The notes under the pieces are model-generated. The model was given only the letters and a program-made list of their open reading frames with translations, was not told where the DNA came from and made no database searches. A stretch of DNA of 64,000 nt from a virus: positions 3,962 to 67,961 of the IMG/VR virus record IMGVR_UViG_3300013131_000042. One strand, written 5' to 3'. The translations under genes were made by a program, and so were the position numbers. This document shows positions 1-7,947 of this stretch, in pieces (position 1 is the stretch's first letter; each line of letters opens with the position of its first letter).

Positions 1-1
1 C

Positions 2-916
2 TACGACATCTGCATCTTCACGGGCGGTCTGATTCAGTGGTGTGAGCGCGGCCAGTACTCGGTCAGCGCGATGCTCGGCGCCGTTTCCGAGAAACAGCCG
101 GACCTTGTGCAGAACTGCCTGCGCCCTGCCATGAACGCAGCGGACGTTGTATTTAAGCGCAGCGATAAAGGCTGGCGCTTCTACTTCAAGGACGGCAGTC
201 TCGTGATGACCGAGGCGGAGCAGCGCAGGCAGTTCTTCGGCTCGCCGACCGTGGGCAAGAAGGGCACGTGGCAGGAAGCGAACAAGGAGCTGGCCCGTAA
301 CTGGACGGCCTGCTTTGTGAACATCTGGGCAGATGAGCAGGCGCGCAGGACGCAGGTCGAGTTTACGGCCAAGGGGCTCATCTCGAACTTCGTGTTCGGT
401 GAGGCTCGGACGCAGCTGTTCGGGGCAGGCTCGCCACAGAGCAACGCGGGCCTCCCAGGGGCCGTCCGTGCGGCTTTCATCTCCTTCGCGGCCAACAACC
501 CGGCCAAGACGCTCGCAGCCTACAAGGCGGCGCAGGCGGCGAACCTGCCGATGTGGACGCAACCCTGGGCGGTAGAGGTGCTCAAACATCTTACCTACAC
601 GCCCAAGATCGCCATCTACCCGGAGCGGTACAACAAGATCCGTCCCGTCATTGAGAAGCTCTACGGCGTGGATCTGCCTGATATGGCTGAACATCTGCGC
701 GGAGCCGGGGTCTCGAAAGAGGCGCTCATGGGCACGAAGGAAGCGCAAGAACGGCTCATCAAACTGGGGTACAATCTCGGACCGGCAGGTGCAGATGGTA
801 TTGCTGGCGCGAAAACTCGTGCAGCTATCATGGAGTTTCAGGTAAGGAACGCTATGCCTGCTGACGGTGAATTGTCGATGGCGACCGCACTAAAACTGCG
901 GGAACAGACGAAGTAG
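2..916 (+). CDS. Putative endolysin/cell-wall hydrolase with C-terminal peptidoglycan-binding domain (5'-truncated)
   Basis: Frame is open from nt 2 (YDICIFTGG...) so the gene starts outside the window; C-terminus AQERLIKLGYNLGPAGADGIAGAKTRAAIMEFQ...ADG is a typical PG_binding_1 signature. Confidence 0.75.
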   Translation, partial: YDICIFTGGLIQWCERGQYSVSAMLGAVSEKQPDLVQNCLRPAMNAADVVFKRSDKGWRFYFKDGSLVMTEAEQRRQFFGSPTVGKKGTWQEANKELARNWTACFVNIWADEQARRTQVEFTAKGLISNFVFGEARTQLFGAGSPQSNAGLPGAVRAAFISFAANNPAKTLAAYKAAQAANLPMWTQPWAVEVLKHLTYTPKIAIYPERYNKIRPVIEKLYGVDLPDMAEHLRGAGVSKEALMGTKEAQERLIKLGYNLGPAGADGIAGAKTRAAIMEFQVRNAMPADGELSMATALKLREQTK

Positions 917-924
917 AGGAAGCG

Positions 925-1353
925 ATGGACCAAGCAGTAGAGGACTTGTGGGCACAAATTGAAAAGCTCGTGGCTGCAGGTAAAGAGCCTGTTATCCGCA
1001 TTCCACGCGCAGCAGAGATCAAGATTCCGAAGCGCCCCGGCCCAGGGCGCCCACCAAAATACGGCGACGGTGCGAAACCCCTGATGCACACCCCCGCGGG
1101 CCTGCAGATGGGGTGCCGCAATTTCGGGTGCCTGAATCGTATCCGGAGGCGGGAGGCGGCCATCACGTGCAGCGAGCGCTGCAAGCAGGAGTTGCTAGAC
1201 TACTGCCAGCAAACCCTCGCAGTTCTCGAAGGCCAGACTTCCGCCACGGATTATCCGATGAAGTACCGATGTCGCTGGTTCACCAAGCGTCGTACGGAAA
1301 AACTGCGAGAGGTCGGACGGCCGAAGAAGCAGGAGACCGATGAAGCTGGGTGA
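925..1353 (+). CDS. Hypothetical protein with Cys motifs (CxxxxC...CxxxC) and a GRPPKY motif
   Basis: SD-like GAGGA before ATG; basic, possible Zn/DNA-binding protein. Confidence 0.6.
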   Translation: MDQAVEDLWAQIEKLVAAGKEPVIRIPRAAEIKIPKRPGPGRPPKYGDGAKPLMHTPAGLQMGCRNFGCLNRIRRREAAITCSERCKQELLDYCQQTLAVLEGQTSATDYPMKYRCRWFTKRRTEKLREVGRPKKQETDEAG

Positions 1354-1567
1354 TGCAATTAAATCGGTTACATCAGCACTTGGCATTCCGCAGTGCGAGC
1401 CGTGCAAGGAGCGCCAGCGGAAGTTGAATGAGCTGAGCGACTACCTCAACAACCTATTCGGAGGCGAAAATGGACCAGTGGCAACAGTCGGGACCGCTCC
1501 ATCTGATGGAGATGATGGAGATGGCGGACCAGCAAAAGCAGTCGCAGGAGAGGTCCCGCCGCGCTGA
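1340..1567 (+). CDS. Small hypothetical protein (LGD...GIPQCEPCKERQRKLN)
   Basis: AGGAG SD; CxxC motif of a type common in small phage proteins. Confidence 0.55.
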   Translation: MKLGDAIKSVTSALGIPQCEPCKERQRKLNELSDYLNNLFGGENGPVATVGTAPSDGDDGDGGPAKAVAGEVPPR

Positions 1568-1739
1568 ACGTGAGGCCGACGCTGCGATTGCCTTCGCCAT
1601 CGGGACGCGTGACGGGTTTACCCCGACGCAGCAGGAGTTTCGCAACGCGTTTGCAAATATCCGGAAAAACCCCTACGGTAGTGGGCGAGGCTTCGGTTTT
1701 TCCATCGACACCTCTGGGCGTAAACCAAATAACACGTGA
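1470..1739 (+). CDS. Hypothetical protein
   Basis: GGAGG SD upstream of ATG; phage-like codon usage. Confidence 0.55.
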   Translation: MDQWQQSGPLHLMEMMEMADQQKQSQERSRRAEREADAAIAFAIGTRDGFTPTQQEFRNAFANIRKNPYGSGRGFGFSIDTSGRKPNNT

Positions 1740-1747
1740 GGTAAATC

Positions 1748-1972
1748 ATGGCTGTTGCTAAGAAGGCCACGAAGAAGGCCGCTAAGAAGGCGGGCGCTGG
1801 CGGCGCCAAGAAGGCTGCGAAGAAGGTTGGCCGCAAGGCTACGAAGAAGGCTGGTGCAGGCGGCGCGAAGAAGGCGGGTGCCCGTCGCGCTGGTGCGGGT
1901 GGTGCTCGCCGGGCGACGGCACGTCGTGCGGGGGCAGGCGGCGCTGGTAAGGGCGGCACGGGCAACACCTGA
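1748..1972 (+). CDS. Histone H1/protamine-like Lys-Ala-Gly-Arg-rich basic protein
   Basis: GAGGT SD; 74 aa with repeated AKKA and AGAGGA units, no acidic or aromatic residues. Confidence 0.75.
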   Translation: MAVAKKATKKAAKKAGAGGAKKAAKKVGRKATKKAGAGGAKKAGARRAGAGGARRATARRAGAGGAGKGGTGNT

Positions 1973-2060
1973 CCACCACGCGGACAAGGTGGGTGTAGCC
2001 TGAATCGAAACCGCGTTACCAACCGAAAGCAGGCCACCCAACTAACGCAGCAGAGGATTT
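1973..2060 (+). ncRNA. Candidate structured leader RNA (pseudoknot-capable) upstream of the queC-like operon
   Basis: TGGGTG(1990-1995)/CACCCA(2035-2040) plus GCCTG(1998-2002)/CAGGC(2030-2034) stem, crossed by ACGCGG(1978-1983)/CCGCGT(2011-2016). Confidence 0.35.
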
Positions 2061-2768
2061 ATGCCAGTTGTATTCTTTTCTGGCGGGATTGATAGCTCGG
2101 TATTGGCTTACGACATCGCCAAGCGCCCCTTCGCCTACGGCGTCGATTTCGAGTACGAGGACTTGGTGCTCGTGACGTACGGCAAGGACGGCCGCAAGCG
2201 AGCGAACAAGTTTACCGACGAGCTAATCAAAGATGTCCGCGTGACGGTTGACGTTCGCTGGTTCGAATCACCGCTGGAGTCGTATGACCCGGAGATGGTT
2301 CCTGTGGCAGGGCACGGTACGATGGTGCCCTCTGTTGGGCCGTACACGTGGGACCGCCGCTCGATGCCGTACACGCCTGGACTCATGACGTGGCTCGCGT
2401 CGTTGGCGTTTAACCTCGTCTATAGCTGGGAACTGCCCAACGGAAAGCCGCAGGTCTTCTTCGGGTTCCAGTACGAGCCGCAGGCGTGGGCGGCGTATGA
2501 CCGTCGCAAGCTGGCGGCAAACGATACGAGCCCCGCGTACATCGAAGCCCTGAACAAGCTCAGCAAGGTAGCTGGAGAGCCTGCCCATTTTCGTGCGCCC
2601 TTCCTGGATAACCGCATGAGCCGCTACCAGATCGTGGAGCTGGGTAAGTTGCTCAAGGTGCCCCTGAAAGACACGCACTCGTGCATCATGCTGCGTGACG
2701 CGCACTGCGGCAGATGCTGTCAGTGCATCAAACGAGACTTGGCGTTCGGCATTCTGGGGGTCGTATGA
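2061..2768 (+). CDS. Divergent QueC-family PP-loop ATP pyrophosphatase
   Basis: SGGIDS PP-loop and C-terminal HSC-x7-CGRCCQC Zn motif; QueC VPGRN and YPDC motifs replaced by TPGLM and ANDT. Confidence 0.85.
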   Translation: MPVVFFSGGIDSSVLAYDIAKRPFAYGVDFEYEDLVLVTYGKDGRKRANKFTDELIKDVRVTVDVRWFESPLESYDPEMVPVAGHGTMVPSVGPYTWDRRSMPYTPGLMTWLASLAFNLVYSWELPNGKPQVFFGFQYEPQAWAAYDRRKLAANDTSPAYIEALNKLSKVAGEPAHFRAPFLDNRMSRYQIVELGKLLKVPLKDTHSCIMLRDAHCGRCCQCIKRDLAFGILGVV

Positions 2769-3472
2769 GCAAAGAAAGCGCAGTAGTTTTGTTATCTGGT
2801 GGGCAGGATTCAACGACCTGCCTCTTCTGGGCAAAGGAGCGCTTCGGGCGCGTCCACCCGTTGACCATCTATTACGGTCAGCGGCACGAGGCAGAGATCC
2901 AAGCGGCGCGCGTTATCGTCAAGCTCGCGGACATCCAAGATCATCTTGTGGTGCAGGATAGTATTCTCACTAACTTGGTATCTAGTGCGCTACTGCAGCG
3001 CACGGAACAGGCGTCCGTGAAAGAGACGCGTGCAGGCACGGACTTGCCAGCGACCTTCGTACCCGGGCGCAACCTGTTCTTCGCCACGGCCGCAGCCGCG
3101 TACGCGTACGAGATTGGCGCGCATCACGTGGTCCTCGGCGTGTGTGAGACGGACTACTCCGGCTACCCAGACTGCCGCGAACACACGCTCAGGGCGCTGG
3201 AGCAGGCGCTCCGCTACGGCATCTGGGGCGAGGAGCCTCGCTCAGCGAGCCGTAAACACCAGCTGTGGCTGCATACGCCGCTCATGTACAAGACGAAGGC
3301 AGAGAGCGTGCAGATGGCGCGTGAGTTGCCGGGCTGCTGGGATGCATTGGCCCACACGGTGACGTGCTACCTGGGCCGTCGACCAGGGTGCGGTGAGTGC
3401 CCAGCGTGCGTTTTGCGTCGTCGTGGCTTTGAGGAGGCAGGAGAAAATGACCCAGCAAGCGAAATTCACTGA
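2765..3472 (+). CDS. queC: 7-cyano-7-deazaguanine synthase QueC
   Basis: LSGGQDSTT, YGQRH, FVPGRN, DYSGYPDCR, TPL, TCY...CGECPAC motifs; ATG at 2765 overlaps upstream stop (ATGA). Confidence 0.95.
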   Translation: MSKESAVVLLSGGQDSTTCLFWAKERFGRVHPLTIYYGQRHEAEIQAARVIVKLADIQDHLVVQDSILTNLVSSALLQRTEQASVKETRAGTDLPATFVPGRNLFFATAAAAYAYEIGAHHVVLGVCETDYSGYPDCREHTLRALEQALRYGIWGEEPRSASRKHQLWLHTPLMYKTKAESVQMARELPGCWDALAHTVTCYLGRRPGCGECPACVLRRRGFEEAGENDPASEIH

Positions 3473-3905
3473 ACTTGGGCGTGGCGTAACCAAGCCGCAC
3501 GGTGCTGAGGGGCTCGAAATCTTCAAGGCACCGCGTGCTGGCTCGCTCATCGAGTTCAGAATCCCCGAATTTACGTGTCTTTGCCCTGTTACGGGGCAAC
3601 CAGACTTCGCCACCATCTACATCCGGTACCTGCCGTGGGAGAAGTGCGTCGAGTCGAAGTCGCTGAAGCTCTACATGTGGCACTTTCGTGACCGCGGAGC
3701 CTTCCATGAGGCTGTGACAGCCGAAATTTGTGACGCTTTGAACGACCTTTTGGATCCTACGTGGCTGCAAGTGGTCGGAGTCTTCAGTGTCAGAGGCGGA
3801 ATTTACGAAAAAGTAAGTGCAGAGAGGTCGAATGACGACTTTGGCGTGCTCTCAGACGCTGATTTGGCCTACTACCGCTTTAATTTGAGCGATTGTCATG
3901 GCTGA
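3447..3905 (+). CDS. queF: NADPH-dependent preQ0 reductase QueF (unimodular type)
   Basis: EFTCLCPVTGQPDFA with catalytic Cys/Asp, QueF motif ESKSLKLY, FHE, RGG; AGGAG SD before ATG 3447. Confidence 0.93.
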   Translation: MTQQAKFTELGRGVTKPHGAEGLEIFKAPRAGSLIEFRIPEFTCLCPVTGQPDFATIYIRYLPWEKCVESKSLKLYMWHFRDRGAFHEAVTAEICDALNDLLDPTWLQVVGVFSVRGGIYEKVSAERSNDDFGVLSDADLAYYRFNLSDCHG

Positions 3906-5568
3906 AGAAGAGATTCGCTGCCCACTTAGCGACCGAGAGCTGATTGATCGCATCGTTTTGTTCTGTGAGACGCTCTCTGAGGTCGCACTTTACACGTATC
4001 AGTCGCTTTTCTGCCGACGAGTGGTCGAATCCGTCATCGGAAACGAGGGTTCGAACATTACGGGCCTCTGGAGCCGTCAGTCGGGCAAGACTGAGACGGT
4101 TGCGTGCGTGTGTCTGGGCCTTTCGGTGCTCCTACCGGCCTTGGCGAAGGCTTTTCCGGACGATCCGAGGCTGAAACCGTACCATAAGGGCTTCTCTGTC
4201 GGTGTTTACGCGCCTGTTAAGGACCAAGCGGAGATTTCCTTCGGTCGTATGCGCAATAAAGTGCACTCTGAGTACGGAGAGGGCATTTTGCACGACCCCG
4301 AGATTGGGGTTGAGGTCGTCACGAGCCGTGGTGACACGCTTTCCTTCTCCAACGGCTCAACAATTATCGCAAGAACTGCCTCTCCCGACACGCAGATTGA
4401 AGGTAAGACTCACCACCTCATTATTTGCGAAGAGGCGCAGAAATTGTCGCGTACGAAGGTCGAAAAAGAGATTCGACCGATGGCTGCGTCGACCAACGGT
4501 ACGTTCGTGACCATCGGAACTGCGTGGGAGAGTCGTGGTGGCTTTCACCAGTCGATCCAGAAGAACGTGGACGTGCACAAGACTGGCGGGAAGCGCTCGC
4601 ACTTCGAATTCGGGTGGGATATCGTCTGCGACGAGAAAAAGCGGGCATTCCAGAAGGATAAGAACCCGTTTCACCTGAACTACGAGAAGTTCGTCCAGGG
4701 CGAGATTTTTAGACTCGGTGGCACAGATAGCCCTGAGTTCCAGATGAACTTCGAGTGCAAGTGGCAAGAGAGTCGAGCCATTGCCATCAGTAAAAACGTT
4801 TTCAAAGACGCTGCGCTCAACGATGTGGAGTCCGGACCATTCACGCAGACGGGATTCCAGGTGGCGGGCCTGGACATCGGAAAGACCAACGACGCCACCG
4901 TCCTGACCATCTTGGACGTAGATATGCAGCGGCCTATTCGTAACCCCTATGTGCTCGGGGATGCAAACGAGGATAAACAGCTCTATTACCCAAAGATCGT
5001 CGTCGACTGGGTAGAGCTGATGGGCTCGTTCGAAGGCCATTCGGGCCAGTACGCGATGCTTGTGGACTACTTGGCCCGAACTAACGTCAAGGTTATGGTC
5101 ATCGACGCTACTTCGATGGGTGACCCTGTCTACGAGCGCATCGAAGCGATGATTGGCGGGTCCATCATCTGCGTCCCGTACAAGTTCTCCTCAATTAGCA
5201 AGTCGAACCTCTACAAATACTACCTACAAGAGCTTAACTCTGGTCGGGTAAAGTACGCGGCAGGTCCTACGACGCGGCAACGGCATGAGTTCCGCAAGTT
5301 CACCCAGGAAAACTTGGATCTGGACAGGATCGACTATGGCTCGTACGCTGTCTGCCAAGCCCCGGAAGGTGGCCATGACGACTACCCGGACTCTGCTGCG
5401 CTCGCCTGCTGGGCGGAGAAGATTGCTGGGGACGTTGCCTTACCTGAAATCAAGGTAGAATCGGCATCGACAGTGTTCGGTGGCCACGGTCGACGTGGGC
5501 GAGGTCAGAGTGAAGGTTCGGTAACCGTCTCAGGCGGTAGAGGTTCGCGATATGCGCGTCGTGGGTAA
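3898..5568 (+). CDS. Terminase large subunit
   Basis: Walker A SRQSGKT, Walker B ICEEAQ, coupling motif IGT, RNase H-like GLDIG...D and HDDYPD; upstream of portal. Confidence 0.92.
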   Translation: MAEEEIRCPLSDRELIDRIVLFCETLSEVALYTYQSLFCRRVVESVIGNEGSNITGLWSRQSGKTETVACVCLGLSVLLPALAKAFPDDPRLKPYHKGFSVGVYAPVKDQAEISFGRMRNKVHSEYGEGILHDPEIGVEVVTSRGDTLSFSNGSTIIARTASPDTQIEGKTHHLIICEEAQKLSRTKVEKEIRPMAASTNGTFVTIGTAWESRGGFHQSIQKNVDVHKTGGKRSHFEFGWDIVCDEKKRAFQKDKNPFHLNYEKFVQGEIFRLGGTDSPEFQMNFECKWQESRAIAISKNVFKDAALNDVESGPFTQTGFQVAGLDIGKTNDATVLTILDVDMQRPIRNPYVLGDANEDKQLYYPKIVVDWVELMGSFEGHSGQYAMLVDYLARTNVKVMVIDATSMGDPVYERIEAMIGGSIICVPYKFSSISKSNLYKYYLQELNSGRVKYAAGPTTRQRHEFRKFTQENLDLDRIDYGSYAVCQAPEGGHDDYPDSAALACWAEKIAGDVALPEIKVESASTVFGGHGRRGRGQSEGSVTVSGGRGSRYARRG

Positions 5569-6049
5569 TGGAATCGGTATTGATGTACGCGGTGGGACGC
5601 CTGCGCTGCAAAAGCGTATTCGAGAGGCTGTCTCCCGTTACCCGTCGTGGTTTGTCCGAGCCGCACGCGTCGCTCATTTTGAGATTTCGGACGCTCCGGA
5701 AGTGCGAGACCAGCTGGCCATCTACCAGCACGGGACTCGTATTGTTTACATCTGGTCTAAAATTGGTGGGTTGGTGCAGAAGGCGATTGGCCACGAACTG
5801 GCCCACGCCATCGACGACAACTTTGACCAGCCGCACGCCTTCAGTAGTGTGCCGGACTGGCAGCAACTTCACCGTAACCAGAGCAACTTCGACATACCAA
5901 AGTATGGAGAAATTCCGCTGGAATACTTCGCGGACATGGTGACCAAGTACTTCATGTACGGGCCACAGAAACTGTCCACGACGCATCCATCGGAAGTGGT
6001 GTTTATTAGCAACGTGTTTAAGATTCTCCAAGAGGAGTTTGGATCATGA
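5552..6049 (+). CDS. Putative zinc metallopeptidase (HEXXH)
   Basis: GHELAHAID followed downstream by EYFAD, a zincin pattern resembling anthrax-LF-like domains. Confidence 0.7.
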   Translation: MRVVGNGIGIDVRGGTPALQKRIREAVSRYPSWFVRAARVAHFEISDAPEVRDQLAIYQHGTRIVYIWSKIGGLVQKAIGHELAHAIDDNFDQPHAFSSVPDWQQLHRNQSNFDIPKYGEIPLEYFADMVTKYFMYGPQKLSTTHPSEVVFISNVFKILQEEFGS

Positions 6050-6486
6050 GCAAGCTGAGCAAGAAGGACCTTCACACCCCGTTCACCTCGAAGACGATCT
6101 CCAAGCTGATCGGCTTCTTCCTCCGCGGTCAGTCGGAGCAGGCGACCGCTGCGAGCCTCGCGGCTGCGCCTGTCGTTGGCCTCACCCCCGCGACCCAGAA
6201 CGGCAAGATCACGAGCCTTTACCTCGTGTCGTCGAACGCTGCCGCCGCGGGTGAGTCGATGGTCATCGACGTGCTCAAGAACGGCGTGTCGATTCTCACG
6301 TCGACCTACACCTTCAACAACACGAAGAGCGCGGACACGCAGATCGAACTTCCGCTTGCGGCGGCTTCGGCTAACCTTCTGATCGGTGACCGCCTCACGG
6401 TGACGCGTACGTACACCGCGGGTGGCTCGCCGACGATGACGGCGACGAGCGTCGTTGCCGAGTACAGCCCGAACGACAGCGAGTAA
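6046..6486 (+). CDS. Putative virion structural protein (beta-rich)
   Basis: Strong GAGGAG SD, strongly biased codons, Thr/Ala/Ser-rich beta composition (IDVLKNGVSIL...GDRLTV). Confidence 0.6.
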   Translation: MSKLSKKDLHTPFTSKTISKLIGFFLRGQSEQATAASLAAAPVVGLTPATQNGKITSLYLVSSNAAAAGESMVIDVLKNGVSILTSTYTFNNTKSADTQIELPLAAASANLLIGDRLTVTRTYTAGGSPTMTATSVVAEYSPNDSE

Positions 6487-6490
6487 TACA

Positions 6491-6706
6491 ATGTCTAACC
6501 CAGGCGGACGTGGTGGATGGTCATGGGGTGTAACCCCTGAGACGCGTAACCTCATGAGCGACCCGGGGTACTCCCCGACGCTCCGTGAGTCGCTTACGCT
6601 CGGCGTTGGCAAGGCGCACCGGAACGTGGTTTATGCGAACTACGATTTCCGTAACTTCGGACGTTCGTACCTCGGCACGCAAGGACGTATCGGCGAGGAG
6701 GAGTGA
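6491..6706 (+). CDS. Hypothetical protein
   Basis: ATG at 6491 directly after upstream stop; fills the operon. Confidence 0.55.
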   Translation: MSNPGGRGGWSWGVTPETRNLMSDPGYSPTLRESLTLGVGKAHRNVVYANYDFRNFGRSYLGTQGRIGEEE

Positions 6707-6709
6707 GGC

Positions 6710-7198
6710 GTGGGCCTCTACTACGTCCGATATTATGCTGACATGATCCACCCGGATCGGTTCAAGGGCTCCGCAAGGGGCCTACTGATCCGGGGGCTCA
6801 ATTTTATGCGCTGGAAGCTGGAGACGGCTGTCCAGCGTTTGGTGCTTCGTTGGATGCTCGACCACCATGCTGTGGATGCACAGCGTGGCACTGAGCTAAA
6901 ACGGAGCTTCGAGCTTGATGTCGCAGCAGAGAACTTGGAGATGGCGCAAACCTCGCCTCTGAGGGCTGAAGAGGTGCGCATGACCGCTGCGCGTGCAGAA
7001 CGTTACGCGATGGGCGGCGGACTTGTCTCCACCATGGATGCGGCGCTGAAGGAGAACATGGAACTCCCGAAGCGGCCTATGCCCCCACAGAACCTCATCG
7101 CGGCTTTTGGCGGAGAGCCGCGCACTTCTCGTTACGCCAAAGGCCACCGTAGGACGCTCCAGGCGGACGAGTCACATTTCGAGCCTGTAGATGAGTGA
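6710..7198 (+). CDS. Hypothetical protein
   Basis: GTG start with GAGG SD; in operon. Confidence 0.6.
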   Translation: MGLYYVRYYADMIHPDRFKGSARGLLIRGLNFMRWKLETAVQRLVLRWMLDHHAVDAQRGTELKRSFELDVAAENLEMAQTSPLRAEEVRMTAARAERYAMGGGLVSTMDAALKENMELPKRPMPPQNLIAAFGGEPRTSRYAKGHRRTLQADESHFEPVDE

Positions 7199-7448
7199 TC
7201 TTTCGGAAGCTACTTCAGCCATTGGGTGGGTCCTCGCTCACGGAGTAGAGGCCGTCGAGGCTGTTATTATCATCGCGCAATCTCTGGCGCTGCGTAGTCT
7301 CTGGATGGACTGCAAGGCGTGCACGGAAAAGCGTGTGGAAGAGACACGCGAGTTTATCGACATCGCTGAGCGACTTCACGACAAGATACACGGCACTGCC
7401 GATGACTTGGTAAAAGTCGCTCAGTTTATCGAGAAGAGGCGACCATGA
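7191..7448 (+). CDS. Small membrane protein (possible holin-like)
   Basis: N-terminal hydrophobic stretch and charged helical C-terminus. Confidence 0.45.
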   Translation: MSDLSEATSAIGWVLAHGVEAVEAVIIIAQSLALRSLWMDCKACTEKRVEETREFIDIAERLHDKIHGTADDLVKVAQFIEKRRP

Positions 7449-7627
7449 TTAAGGGGAAAGTTAACAAGGAGCAGCTGTGCCTGCGCGAGTCGCTCTCAAA
7501 GCTGGAGACGGCGCTCGTCCGTCTTGACACAGTAAGAGAGATCATTCGTGGAGTTATTACGAACGATGTTGAGCGCGCTGTGCTGTTTGCACAGCCGGAT
7601 GAGGCGCAACCTAAGCAGGTGCACTAA
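7445..7627 (+). CDS. Hypothetical protein
   Basis: ATGA-coupled, in operon. Confidence 0.5.
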   Translation: MIKGKVNKEQLCLRESLSKLETALVRLDTVREIIRGVITNDVERAVLFAQPDEAQPKQVH

Positions 7628-7935
7628 TGCCGACCAACTTCCCCGCAGTGCAGGACGCTACTCTGCAGAAGTTTTTAGACGCGTTAGTTGAGTGCGTACG
7701 TCTTCCTGACGGCTCGGCGCCCGCTGTGGCGCCAAATGCCTTTAAGGACTCCTTGCAGGAGGTGGTGCCGCTCACGTACATCAGCGAGGTCGCTGTCAAC
7801 TTCCGTGTCACCGCAGACGGACTCTCGGCCCTCGTGTCGATCGAACCGCTTGGTGGTTTGCGTGGCGCGTCTCGCGGAGCCTACCCCGTCGCAGGGGTCG
7901 TTGATATTACTACACTCGCCAGCAAGCTGGCCTGA
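7627..7935 (+). CDS. Hypothetical protein
   Basis: TAATG coupling; AGGT SD. Confidence 0.55.
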   Translation: MPTNFPAVQDATLQKFLDALVECVRLPDGSAPAVAPNAFKDSLQEVVPLTYISEVAVNFRVTADGLSALVSIEPLGGLRGASRGAYPVAGVVDITTLASKLA

Positions 7936-7947
7936 TATAGAGTCGCC

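Noticed and set aside
925-1353. Terminase small subunit (GRPPKY motif)
   Set aside because: The rest of the sequence lacks a recognisable TerS HTH/oligomerisation pattern, and the gene is not adjacent to the large subunit.
1988-2045. tRNA-His-like 5' end (GGTGGGTGTAGC) with an acceptor-like stem
   Set aside because: No TTC T-loop, no anticodon arm and no CCA; too short for a cloverleaf.
1970-2092. Readthrough or frameshift fusion of the basic peptide to the QueC paralogue
   Set aside because: In-frame readthrough stops near 2090 in a different frame, and the QueC frame has a stop at 2001-2003.
3447-3905. QueF-like amidinotransferase (archaeosine pathway)
   Set aside because: The NADPH-binding QueF motif ESKSLKLY is intact, which indicates a true reductase.
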